From positions 1-64,000 of the forward strand of contig JAHPZA010000002.1 in assembly GCA_019058445.1 (NCBI GenBank): a DNA stretch of 64,000 nt, written 5' to 3'. The translations under genes were made by a program, and so were the position numbers. How positions within the stretch are numbered: the first letter of the stretch is position 1; each line of letters starts with the position of its first letter. Below, piece after piece: positions 19,227-28,486 of the stretch. Under the pieces are notes generated by a model, which saw nothing but the letters and a program-made list of their open reading frames with translations, had not been told where the DNA came from and made no database searches. The stretch is from Promethearchaeota archaeon. GTDB taxonomy: Archaea > Asgardarchaeota > Lokiarchaeia > Sigyniarchaeales > SOKP01.

Positions 19227-20393
19227 ATGCCAAAATCACGCTCCGAAGATACACTCATTCTTTTTGCCCTTACTCCGGGTATTAGCATTATGACGCCGGT
19301 TTATAATGCTTTAAGGCTATTAGGCAATTTGAAAAAAGATGCGGATCCAAGCAGCCGATTTAATATTATATTCTTCCAGGAAGATGGACCTAACTATTTA
19401 GAGAATTTCACTTTAAATGCTGAATATATGGTCATGGCTCTTAAATCTTTAGAACCTGTAATTGTTAAAGGAAATGTCGGGGGAGGTATATTCCTAGGAA
19501 TATCTATTATAATTGATGTGTTCAAAAAAGTCTCTGAAAAAAGCTTTCGTTTAATCATTTTAACGGATTCAGGCACCCCTAAAATTGCTAAATTATATGT
19601 TCCCGTTTTAGAAACGATGATCGATCAAATAAAAGGGATGCCCTTTTTTATTGACACTATCCGAATTGATGTAGAAGATCAAGATGAGGATGCTAAGATG
19701 ATGAGATTAGCAGCTTTATGTGATGGAAGTATCAATCGAATCAATGATATTTACTCTTTGCCATCCTTATTAGAAGTCTTAGCATGGAAAAGAAAAACTA
19801 CTCAAGAAAGTATCACAAATAGATATCATTATAATATCCCTATAGAGAATCAACAATTTTACATTAATTTGGCTGATAATCCGCAGGAAGTGAAAAAACC
19901 AGAAACATGCTCAATTTGTTTTAAAAAGGATTATAATGCCATGGTAAAATGTCCCAATTGTGGAGTTGTCACACATAAAATATGTTGGGCGCTATGGGCA
20001 GAAGACTCATCAATAGGAATTTCCCATATCTTTAGGTGCCATAATTGCTATAATTTAATTAAATTAGAAAAGGATTTTATTGAAAAAGTGAAATTAGCTA
20101 AATCAGTAAAAGAAGCGAAAATTCTCCCACATAAAGATCTTTCAGATATCAAAGATTATCTAGAAAGCTTAGAGAAAGATGGTGGGCCAAATATTCTTCA
20201 TATTCATGATCCTATGGGTATCCCAGCAGAAGAATTTATAGAGGAGAAGTTGCATACTGAAGAGGAGATTTCACAAAACAGAGGAGGATCTGAAAATGAA
20301 GAGGAAGTAAAGTTTATTCTTTGCCCCCATTGTTTTAAAATGATCACCAATCAATATAAAAGATGCCCTAACTGTCATAAAAATATTAAATAA
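19227..20393 (+). CDS. vWA-like domain + C4HC3 (PHD/RINGv-type) zinc finger + C-terminal zinc ribbon
   Basis: vWA-like beta/alpha pattern (RFNIIFF, RLIILTD, FFIDTIRI); CSIC-x10-CPNC-x4-H-x2-C-x17-CHNC; CPHC..CPNC. Confidence 0.7.
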   Translation: MPKSRSEDTLILFALTPGISIMTPVYNALRLLGNLKKDADPSSRFNIIFFQEDGPNYLENFTLNAEYMVMALKSLEPVIVKGNVGGGIFLGISIIIDVFKKVSEKSFRLIILTDSGTPKIAKLYVPVLETMIDQIKGMPFFIDTIRIDVEDQDEDAKMMRLAALCDGSINRINDIYSLPSLLEVLAWKRKTTQESITNRYHYNIPIENQQFYINLADNPQEVKKPETCSICFKKDYNAMVKCPNCGVVTHKICWALWAEDSSIGISHIFRCHNCYNLIKLEKDFIEKVKLAKSVKEAKILPHKDLSDIKDYLESLEKDGGPNILHIHDPMGIPAEEFIEEKLHTEEEISQNRGGSENEEEVKFILCPHCFKMITNQYKRCPNCHKNIK

Positions 20394-20500
20394 GAAGCAT
20401 TTCTCCAGATAAAATTGGAGAATATTCATATAAAAAATCAAATTTATATATCAATCATAAAAAAAATGATAATGTTATTAAAATATAAAACAACAAAAAT

Positions 20501-22405
20501 TTAGAGATCAAAAGGGGAGACTGTCTCTGTGTTATGTTGACTTAGCAACTCTTTGAGTTTTTTCCTCTGATCTTCCAATAAAGCCCAGAAAAACTTAGGA
20601 ATTCCTTCATCTTTCTTGTACATAGCCTCTACCCTGTCTAATTTTTCAAGTAAACGCGAGATTCTAATTGAGAATTGCTCCTCATATTCTTTTTTACTGT
20701 AATCTTTATTTAAGTATAATTTAAATAGATCTCTTAAATCATGATATTTTGGTATAAATCCCACCGGTGTTTGAATTGCCTCAAATTCATTATGTGTCCT
20801 TCCCTCTGCCCATATGACCCAAACAAGCTTGTCCAACATTCCGTTTAAATATTTTCCTTCTTCATTTTTTAGAAAATAATTTGTAGCAAAAACTTTTGGA
20901 CAAACTTTCAAGTTATTACCAAACGTACGATGGTTATCCAAATATTTTCCTAACGGGACCACGACGAAATCTAAATTAGCCATCGGACTTGGTCTTCTCA
21001 CTCCCTCCGTACCAAGTGTAGCAGACGTAGTTTCAGATTCAATCGCGGCTCCAATAAAGACTCCATGCTCCCAATTAAGGCTTTCAATTATTGGTGGCAT
21101 AGTATCGCTATCTCTTCCCCCATAAAAAATACCTTCAATAGGGACCCCCTCGGGGCTGTCCAAATTTACATCGGCATTTGAAAGTTCATTAATTCGTATC
21201 GTATATCTTGCGTTAGGATGTGCATGAGGAATAAATTTGCCATCCTCATCAACTTTACCCTTTTTCCATTTCCCTGAAAAGTTTATTCCCTTTTTGGGTA
21301 TAGGTCTTCCATCACCTATCCAGTATGGGAATCCCTCTGTAATGAGCACATTCGAAAAGATTGTCTCTCTCGGAGTAGTCAGGGCTTCATAAATTACCGG
21401 ATCATCATCTGGATTTACGTCTTTAATGATTCCAAAAAGACCTTGCTCAATATTTACTGCGTGCGCATAACCATCATCCCATGGACGCAGATACGCAATA
21501 TCATCTCCAACTACTGTCTGACCGGGTAGCATTGCAGTACTCGTTTTTCCACAGGCAGAAGGATATGCTCCACAAAAGTAGGAAACTCTATTTTTTTCAT
21601 TTGGATGAACTCCGAGAATAAAATAATGCTCGGTCAGCCAATCCTCGTTATTTGCTTTAGCTATTCCTAATCTTAAGGCTAACTTTTTTAGGCCTAGACT
21701 ATTGCCCGCATATTGGTTATTAACCGATAAAACCCGTCCCTCTTGTAAATCTACATATATTCGACGTTTATCTAGGTTTTTTGTAACTGGAGGATTACCA
21801 GTCAATTCTCCTGCAGAGTGGATGAAATAGAAAAAATCCTCTGAGCCCTCAAGCTTTTTGAATTCTTCATATCCTGCTCTATAGAGAATGTCTTCTGAAT
21901 GTGCAACATAAAAAGAATCTGTAAGTTGAAGGGCTAAAATTGAAAATTTAGAGTTCTTCGGACCAAGACAAAAAAATCTTATAATACATTCATGTCCCTC
22001 CATGCAACCATCCATAATCTCTAAGATTTCTTTAAGCCCCTCGTCTCTATCAATATTATTTATCCATTGGCTCATATATTCTCCTTCAGGAACTAATACT
22101 CTCGTGTTCGCCTTATCTCTTGCCTGGTCATGATAACTCATTGTAAAAAATCCATCATAATGTATAGTATGCCCTTCTGTGTTAAGTTTTTCTTCCTCGT
22201 ATATGTTTATAGCTGTTTGCCTTACATAATTGATATCCTCTTTAGAATCAGTAATTACCGTAACTTTACTTGGTTTACAAAGTGCAAGAAATTCATTTAC
22301 AACTCGCAATACCTTTTCATTATTTAACGCTTCTAATTTCGCTAGATTTTCTTGATCCATCACGTTATTACTATCAAAATTAGGTTTTATTTTTAATATA
22401 CCCAT
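20501..22405 (-). CDS. pckG: Phosphoenolpyruvate carboxykinase (GTP)
   Basis: YAGNSLGLKKLALR, WLTEH, AYPSACGKTSTAM, VGDDIA, HPNARY, YGGRD. Confidence 0.95.
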   Translation of the reverse strand: MGILKIKPNFDSNNVMDQENLAKLEALNNEKVLRVVNEFLALCKPSKVTVITDSKEDINYVRQTAINIYEEEKLNTEGHTIHYDGFFTMSYHDQARDKANTRVLVPEGEYMSQWINNIDRDEGLKEILEIMDGCMEGHECIIRFFCLGPKNSKFSILALQLTDSFYVAHSEDILYRAGYEEFKKLEGSEDFFYFIHSAGELTGNPPVTKNLDKRRIYVDLQEGRVLSVNNQYAGNSLGLKKLALRLGIAKANNEDWLTEHYFILGVHPNEKNRVSYFCGAYPSACGKTSTAMLPGQTVVGDDIAYLRPWDDGYAHAVNIEQGLFGIIKDVNPDDDPVIYEALTTPRETIFSNVLITEGFPYWIGDGRPIPKKGINFSGKWKKGKVDEDGKFIPHAHPNARYTIRINELSNADVNLDSPEGVPIEGIFYGGRDSDTMPPIIESLNWEHGVFIGAAIESETTSATLGTEGVRRPSPMANLDFVVVPLGKYLDNHRTFGNNLKVCPKVFATNYFLKNEEGKYLNGMLDKLVWVIWAEGRTHNEFEAIQTPVGFIPKYHDLRDLFKLYLNKDYSKKEYEEQFSIRISRLLEKLDRVEAMYKKDEGIPKFFWALLEDQRKKLKELLSQHNTETVSPFDL

Positions 22406-22647
22406 TATAGTTCATTATTTTTTGTTCTTCTCTAGATTAATATGTTCAATTATTAAAAAATGTTTAGTAATTTTAAAAAAAAATATACAAAGTAATATTG
22501 AATTATTTTCTATCTGAATATTATATAACGCCCTCATATAGTGAACAAATTTCAATTAATTATTTCTTCCTTTTTTAAACTTATTGATCTTAATGAAATT
22601 TGTTCAAAATAAGCTATATTAATATAATAATAAAGGCTGTTATAATC

Positions 22648-22935
22648 CTAAAAGATCTCTTTCCTTATTTTATCTAGAACTTTGGGTAAAATTTCGTCAG
22701 TAATTTGTTTTTTAATCTTCGGTAAAACGACATCTGTAATCAACTTATCAATAATAGCTGCAAGTTCTACTTTTATCACTTCAATGGTGGCCTTTAGAAG
22801 CATATCTTCAATTTCCTTTTTAATTTTTACGGATATCTGGTCTTTAAAAGACTCTTTCACTTTTTCCATTCCTGACTCCTGCAACATATCCTTTAACTTT
22901 TTCCCGATTAGATCTTTAAATTTTTCTTGGCTCAT
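22648..22935 (-). CDS. Small helical hypothetical protein with 11-aa amphipathic repeats
   Basis: 95-aa ORF; ITDVVLPKIKK / ITDEILPKVLD repeat. Confidence 0.6.
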   Translation of the reverse strand: MSQEKFKDLIGKKLKDMLQESGMEKVKESFKDQISVKIKKEIEDMLLKATIEVIKVELAAIIDKLITDVVLPKIKKQITDEILPKVLDKIRKEIF

Positions 22936-23007
22936 AGGTTTAACATAATGATTTTAAATTTTTATAAATTGTCTAATTATTTTATCAATCAAATTTAGGA
23001 GGAGGGC

Positions 23008-23060
23008 TTAGGGATACAAAGTTTTTGTAGAAAATTGGTATGCATAAAATAAATGAATTA
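23008..23060 (+). repeat. Degenerate direct repeat copy A (partner 23937-23990)
   Basis: ttagggatac-aaagtttttgtagaaaattggtatgcataaaataaatgaatta; shares a perfect 17-mer ataaaataaatgaatta plus flanking matches with copy B. Confidence 0.7.
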
Positions 23061-23132
23061 CAGAAATATCTTATTTGTGAAATGAATATTTTAAATATAT
23101 TAAGAATGAAAATAAATTAAATAGGTGTTTGT

Positions 23133-23915
23133 ATGAATATTAATCAGAAACAGAAAAGAATACTAATTTGTGTTATATATAATCTTATCTTAGAATTCTG
23201 GGTTCATAGCATATTAGGATTTTTAAATCCAGTTCTCACAATTTCGCTACTATTATTATATCTTTCGTATTTCAGCATGCTGGAGGATTTAATTGTAAGG
23301 TATAAATTGAGAGATCATCATGTTTTGCTCATTGGATTTATATTTGGATTATTTCATGAAATATTTACTACTGGAAGCGTGTTCAATGAACCTAATTTCT
23401 TAGGAATCAATATTGTAATTCTAATTTTAGCAAATGTCTTTTGGTGGGGTATACTTCAAAGTATTTTTGCACTTTATTTTGCTAATACTCTTGTAGAAAG
23501 AAGTGAGGTTGACAAGGAAATGGGACCTATAGGATGGATTTTGGCTTTAAGCTTTAATCTTTTGTTATTTTTGGGTAGATTTTTAGAAGGTACATTACCT
23601 CCAGGTTCAGTGCTCGGCTATATTTTTAGTTTAATTATAATGAGTGTTGCTGTATTTTTATTTATTTTCATAAAGAAGCCAGAAGAAACATTAGAAATTG
23701 AATCAATTAAATTTATTGACATTCTCTTAAAGTTTCAAATAGCTTTATGTTTAGTAATGGGCTTCATTCTGATATTCTTCATTGGCATAATAGCATTGTA
23801 TTTATTCATTATGTGGTCGGTGTTTGTAGGTATTGTTTACATAATTTATGCTATTAAAAGAAAACGGTTTATTGGGATAATTAAACTTAAGAAAAAAATT
23901 CAAGAAGTAGAATAA
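23133..23915 (+). CDS. Hypothetical polytopic membrane protein
   Basis: 260-aa ORF with ~8 hydrophobic segments; AGGTG SD upstream. Confidence 0.7.
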   Translation: MNINQKQKRILICVIYNLILEFWVHSILGFLNPVLTISLLLLYLSYFSMLEDLIVRYKLRDHHVLLIGFIFGLFHEIFTTGSVFNEPNFLGINIVILILANVFWWGILQSIFALYFANTLVERSEVDKEMGPIGWILALSFNLLLFLGRFLEGTLPPGSVLGYIFSLIIMSVAVFLFIFIKKPEETLEIESIKFIDILLKFQIALCLVMGFILIFFIGIIALYLFIMWSVFVGIVYIIYAIKRKRFIGIIKLKKKIQEVE

Positions 23916-23936
23916 TTAGAAAAATCGCAATAGCGG

Positions 23937-23990
23937 TTAGGGAAAGTTAACCTTTTGTACATAATTGGCATTTATAAAATAAATGAATTA
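23937..23990 (+). repeat. Degenerate direct repeat copy B (partner 23008-23060)
   Basis: ttagggaaagttaaccttttgtacataattggcatttataaaataaatgaatta. Confidence 0.7.
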
Positions 23991-24083
23991 TAATTATATA
24001 GAATTGATGATGTAAAATACTCAAATATTATATGGTCTAATTATAGTATAAAAAAATAAAAAAAAGTCAGGGTTAAATTAAAA

Positions 24084-24401
24084 ATGTCAACATATTTAAT
24101 CAGTCAAGAATTGGTGCTTGGCATACAAATCATAAGCATTATAGGATTTATATTTTTAGGGGTATATACTTTATATTCATATCAGAAATTAAGAAATCTT
24201 ACTTTACTCTATATTTCCTTAGCTTTTTTCGTGATAGGTATTTCGATATTACTAAAAATTACTATTTTACCATTCGCAGAAAATATGCTGATAGAAGAAG
24301 CAATTTTAGAATCGATTTTTGAGGGAACTCAATTTTTAGCAGCATTTTTCTTTTTCTATGGATTAAGAATAATAAAGCGAAAAGGGGAGGGTGGTAACTA
24401 A
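24084..24401 (+). CDS. Small 3-TM membrane protein
   Basis: Three hydrophobic helices; Y.K.RN..LLY.S.AF pattern. Confidence 0.7.
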   Translation: MSTYLISQELVLGIQIISIIGFIFLGVYTLYSYQKLRNLTLLYISLAFFVIGISILLKITILPFAENMLIEEAILESIFEGTQFLAAFFFFYGLRIIKRKGEGGN

Positions 24402-24703
24402 TGGTTTTAGATTTTCCACATCTGCTGGAATATAGTGTTGAGATAGGATATGGCATAATATATTTAATTTTAGCAATTACAACATATCAAAAGTATAAAA
24501 AAACTGAAAACAAATTAGCATTATACTTCTTCGTGGCTTTTATTTGCTTAGGGCTTTCAGGATTATATGGAGGAATAGCAGGAATACTAAATAAAACCGG
24601 ATTCGAAATGATTCCAATATTCGGTGACAAAGTGCTTGAAATATATGAGGGTTTGGCTTTAATAGCATTGGGATTTTTTATTATTGGCCTTATTAGAATT
24701 TAA
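24401..24703 (+). CDS. Small 3-TM membrane protein, distant paralog of the preceding gene
   Basis: TAATG overlap with the upstream stop; GGAGGGTGG SD; YQKYKKTENKLALYFFVAF pattern. Confidence 0.7.
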   Translation: MVLDFPHLLEYSVEIGYGIIYLILAITTYQKYKKTENKLALYFFVAFICLGLSGLYGGIAGILNKTGFEMIPIFGDKVLEIYEGLALIALGFFIIGLIRI

Positions 24704-24723
24704 ACGGAATACAGGGAATTAAA

Positions 24724-25170
24724 GTGGTTAAAGAATTTTGGATAATTGACACCAGCGGAATTTGTCTTTTCCATAGAGCTATTCATGGAAAAACAAATAT
24801 TATGGATGAAAAGTTTAAGATTCAGATTGATGAACAGTTATTTAGTGGGCTCCTTTCAGGCATAATGAGTTTTACAGAAGAGGTATCTCAGGAACAAATT
24901 AAAAAAATTGAATTAAATGAGGGAAAATTTTTATTTTTCGCCAGACAAAATCTTATTTTTATAGTAAGAGCAGACCTAAATACTTCAGATAAAAATGTAA
25001 AAAAAAAAATTCAAGTAATCCAAGATTTGTTCATAAAAAAGTATAGTAAAGAATTAGACGCTTTTGATGGTGATGTCTCTTCATTTAGATTTTTTGAACA
25101 TGATTTAGAAGAAGTATTTGCAAAAATTTCAAAAACGGAGAAATGGGGTAAAGGATTAATAGATTTATAG
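24724..25170 (+). CDS. Stand-alone longin/roadblock-fold protein (Asgard ESP type)
   Basis: FWIIDTSGICLFHR beta-hairpin, QLFSGLLSGIMSF helix, LIFIVRAD strand, final helix IQDLFIKKY. Confidence 0.75.
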   Translation: MVKEFWIIDTSGICLFHRAIHGKTNIMDEKFKIQIDEQLFSGLLSGIMSFTEEVSQEQIKKIELNEGKFLFFARQNLIFIVRADLNTSDKNVKKKIQVIQDLFIKKYSKELDAFDGDVSSFRFFEHDLEEVFAKISKTEKWGKGLIDL

Positions 25171-25250
25171 ATTTTTGATATCTTTATCTAAATATCAATT
25201 AATTTTATTATATCTAAATTAAAAAAAAATATCTTAAGCGCTCCCTTAAC

Positions 25251-25970
25251 CTATTTTTGTAGAGCTTCTAGAGCGATTTTAGTTGAGACTTCAGCTTCCT
25301 CAACGGTAACCATCCCAATTGCCACCGCACAGATATTATGTTTCGAGATATACTCGTATGCTTCTTTTGGCTCTAATTTCCCCGCAGCAAGTGTTTTCAT
25401 TCCGACAAAATATAAATCTTTATGTTTATCAACAATTTTCTCTAATGCTTCTTTATCTCCCATATATAATCCGTTGGCGTTTAGTGGAGTTAAAAATGCT
25501 TTCACTTGGGGTAACTTCTCTATGGCATATTCAAGCGTAGGAGCAGGATTATGTAAAGCGATTCCCGGAATTACTCCTCGTGATTCGATTTCTTCTACAA
25601 GTTTATTGAGTCTTTCATCCATTTTATCAGCTACCATACCATGTGCGAAAATTATTTTTGCCTCCACATCAATTAATTCATCAATTTTAGGATCATCTGG
25701 TCCTGGAAATGTAGAACCCGTAACAACATAATCAGAATGAGTTTCTTTCATTACTTTTATGGCATCTATGACTGCCTCACCAGGTACAGCTTCAATACCT
25801 CGTCCCCCTGCTTTATAACAAGCTTCCATTATTTCTAACATAGCATTCGCATCATTCATAAATTTTTTCCTGTAGACACGAGCATTTCTCCCAAATTGGG
25901 TTGCACCTAAAAACGGCGAGGTCCCAGTAGAGACAAGTGTAATATCTTCTCCTTCAATTTTACAAAAAAT
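25251..25970 (-). CDS. Conserved archaeal TIM-barrel/aldo-keto-reductase-like hypothetical protein
   Basis: ORF-track 25251-25859 extends 37 in-frame codons to ATT 25970, adding GTSPFLGATQFG; C-terminal GMKTLAAGKL, AIGMVT.EEA. Confidence 0.7.
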   Translation of the reverse strand: MFCKIEGEDITLVSTGTSPFLGATQFGRNARVYRKKFMNDANAMLEIMEACYKAGGRGIEAVPGEAVIDAIKVMKETHSDYVVTGSTFPGPDDPKIDELIDVEAKIIFAHGMVADKMDERLNKLVEEIESRGVIPGIALHNPAPTLEYAIEKLPQVKAFLTPLNANGLYMGDKEALEKIVDKHKDLYFVGMKTLAAGKLEPKEAYEYISKHNICAVAIGMVTVEEAEVSTKIALEALQK

Positions 25971-26075
25971 CTAGCTTACACCTCATTAAAATTTAGTTAA
26001 AAAAAGAATTATTTTATACTATAGTAAAAAAAAAAGATTATTAATTGTTATTAAATTTTCTATTTATTTTCAAAA

Positions 26076-27341
26076 TTATAGTGGAATTCTGCCCCAATCA
26101 GAATCTCTGGTATTTCCAATTCCGAAATAACCTTTTCTGCAGCCTTGTGAAACGAAAAATGCTAATGTACACACAGAAGTTAGATCATTAGGTATAGGAT
26201 ACCGACAGATAGATGCTTCAGTACCATCATAATAACTAAGTATGTTCATAAGCTCTTTAACGGATAATTTTCCATCTTCGTTAAGTTCTTGTTGGGTCAG
26301 TTCTTCTGCTTTTTGTTGTCGCTCAATTGAAAAAAGGGGATCAAGTAAAAAAATTTTCAACTCCTCAGAAATATAAGTGTTGGTTCTTACAGCAAATCCA
26401 TGTTTATTTATCGTTTCTTCAATCTTCAAGCTAGGAATTGTTTCGCTTACGATAAGATTGCCTCTTTTATCTGAAAACATATAGTTCCAAGAGCAACAAT
26501 AAGATGAAGTCATCAGCTCTGAAAATTCTTTGGCAGTCTTGCAGGTTTCAAATGCGATTCTGCTTTTAATACAGGTGGGAATTCCAAATTCAGCAACTTT
26601 CCAAGTTTGAACAAGATTAACTGTTGAGGATACACGCCTATTTTTTCCAATTGGTAATACCGCAGCACCCATTCTGAGTGAAAAAGCAGTTTGTTTGCCA
26701 ATTACCGTATGTTTTACGAAATTGAGTGTTGGGTAGAATAAAAGTCCGAAGTCCATGGTCTGTCCTATAGTGACAGATGTTTTAGAATTTTTAGCGCTGA
26801 TGGCTGTACAAGCATGTAAAGCGGGATCTACTCCGATCATTTGAGGAATAAGTATACCATAATACAAGTCAAGAAATACCACTTGTAATAAAATATCAGT
26901 ATAGGATAAGGTTGGTATTGCATCTGCTATACCAGTTAATTCCATTTTATATTCCTCTGGAATAAATTGGTCATAAATATAGGCTAAATAAATAACCTGG
27001 TTTATATCTAAATTATAGGAAGCAATTAAATTCTTTAAGATGTAATCCATGGTAAGGATTTCATTCGCAAGATTTTGCCCTTCGAGGTATCCTAACTCAT
27101 AGTAAGTAGTTGTGATTATATGCAGATATTTTTGTCTGTTATCTTCTTTCCACTTAGCGTAAGAGCAGAAACAAGATGATTCTACAGTAAGATCCTCTCC
27201 AGTATTAGGGGCATTATCATTTGGTTTAGAAGAATTTTTATTATTGTTTTCTGAAGCTAATGCAATTGAAGTGAATCCAAAAAGTGTTGTGGCTAACAAT
27301 ATGGCTATAATTGGAAATACAACATATTGTATTTTTTTCAT
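26076..27341 (-). CDS. Secreted C45-family Ntn hydrolase (acyl-CoA:6-APA acyltransferase-like)
   Basis: N-terminal signal peptide; YELGYLEG, MELTGIADA, nucleophile HA|CTAISA, GQTMDF, RTN. Confidence 0.75.
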   Translation of the reverse strand: MKKIQYVVFPIIAILLATTLFGFTSIALASENNNKNSSKPNDNAPNTGEDLTVESSCFCSYAKWKEDNRQKYLHIITTTYYELGYLEGQNLANEILTMDYILKNLIASYNLDINQVIYLAYIYDQFIPEEYKMELTGIADAIPTLSYTDILLQVVFLDLYYGILIPQMIGVDPALHACTAISAKNSKTSVTIGQTMDFGLLFYPTLNFVKHTVIGKQTAFSLRMGAAVLPIGKNRRVSSTVNLVQTWKVAEFGIPTCIKSRIAFETCKTAKEFSELMTSSYCCSWNYMFSDKRGNLIVSETIPSLKIEETINKHGFAVRTNTYISEELKIFLLDPLFSIERQQKAEELTQQELNEDGKLSVKELMNILSYYDGTEASICRYPIPNDLTSVCTLAFFVSQGCRKGYFGIGNTRDSDWGRIPL

Positions 27342-27515
27342 TTTATCACATCCATATTTTAATTTGATTTTTCAATTTTTTCTTCAATTTAGGTTATTTT
27401 TTATGGAAATCAAAATATAAAAAGCACGATAAAATGGCAAAAAGAATTAAAATTTAAAGAAAAGAAGATAATCTTCTCAAATTAAAAGTCTTTTAAAAGT
27501 CTTTTATAAAGATTT

Positions 27516-28364
27516 TCAATCTTGAGTAAGTATACGAATAATATTTGGAAAGATATACTCGCAAATGTTTAAACTAGAGCCACCATGAGTATTGATGATA
27601 TAACGACCACTGCAAATCTCGCTTGTTTTTTTTTTAATCATTTTTACTAATTTTAGAAAAAATTCTTTAGATAATCCGCGATTTCCATAATCACTGACAG
27701 CGGTATCATGTCCCAGCAAGTGGATAATAATGTTGGGTTTAAAATTTTCAACTCTTCGAATGAATTCTTCTTCTACTAATCCTAAATACTCTGCATCGTT
27801 CGTATTGTATCCAGAATTTACACATATTTTTGTGCCATTATCCTCAATAATATTTGAGGAGCAAAAACATACATGTAATACATCATGATTTCCAAAGGTC
27901 ACATCCCTAGTTCCATTCCCATGATGTGAGTCGGTATCAATTATAGCGATTTTTAATCCTGGAAATTTTTTCTGAAGATTGACCACAACGGGACCAGATA
28001 CAGAACAATAGGTACCTCCCCATGCATAATCTCTTTCTGCATGATGACCCGCTGCCACGCCAAATACCAAGGCATTTCGAAGCGTACCTTTCATAATCAT
28101 TTGACTTGCCTGAACACATCCACCAACAGTTAAATAGGCCCCTTCGCAGTACCATTGCTTTTTTAAATCTTCCAAAAAACGTGGAGTATGAACTTCTAAT
28201 AATAATTCATCGTTAACTTTCTTAGGTTCTATTAGTTTTACATTTGGCAATTCAAGTTCAGCTATCATTACTTCTGGATAATTTCGGAATTTATCATTGA
28301 TGATATGCCATACTTTTTGGCTGAACACTTCATGGAAAAATACTCCAGTAGGTATAGGTTTCAC
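27516..28364 (-). CDS. Histone deacetylase/acetylpolyamine amidohydrolase family protein
   Basis: LEVHT, AGHHAE, DTDSHHGNGT, LGHDT; HGGS in place of EGGY. Confidence 0.85.
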   Translation of the reverse strand: MKPIPTGVFFHEVFSQKVWHIINDKFRNYPEVMIAELELPNVKLIEPKKVNDELLLEVHTPRFLEDLKKQWYCEGAYLTVGGCVQASQMIMKGTLRNALVFGVAAGHHAERDYAWGGTYCSVSGPVVVNLQKKFPGLKIAIIDTDSHHGNGTRDVTFGNHDVLHVCFCSSNIIEDNGTKICVNSGYNTNDAEYLGLVEEEFIRRVENFKPNIIIHLLGHDTAVSDYGNRGLSKEFFLKLVKMIKKKTSEICSGRYIINTHGGSSLNICEYIFPNIIRILTQD

Positions 28365-28486
28365 CTTGATCTATTGATTTTATAGGAAGAACTGATAAAA
28401 ATCATTATTTATAATAATTTTATTAAAAATTGGAATTTTTATATTAATATTCTTTTCGAAAAAAAATTGAAGGGGATAATTGGAAT

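Noticed and set aside
27484-27505. Tandem AAAAGTCTTTT x2
   Set aside because: Short and low-complexity in AT-rich DNA; likely terminator or slippage sequence
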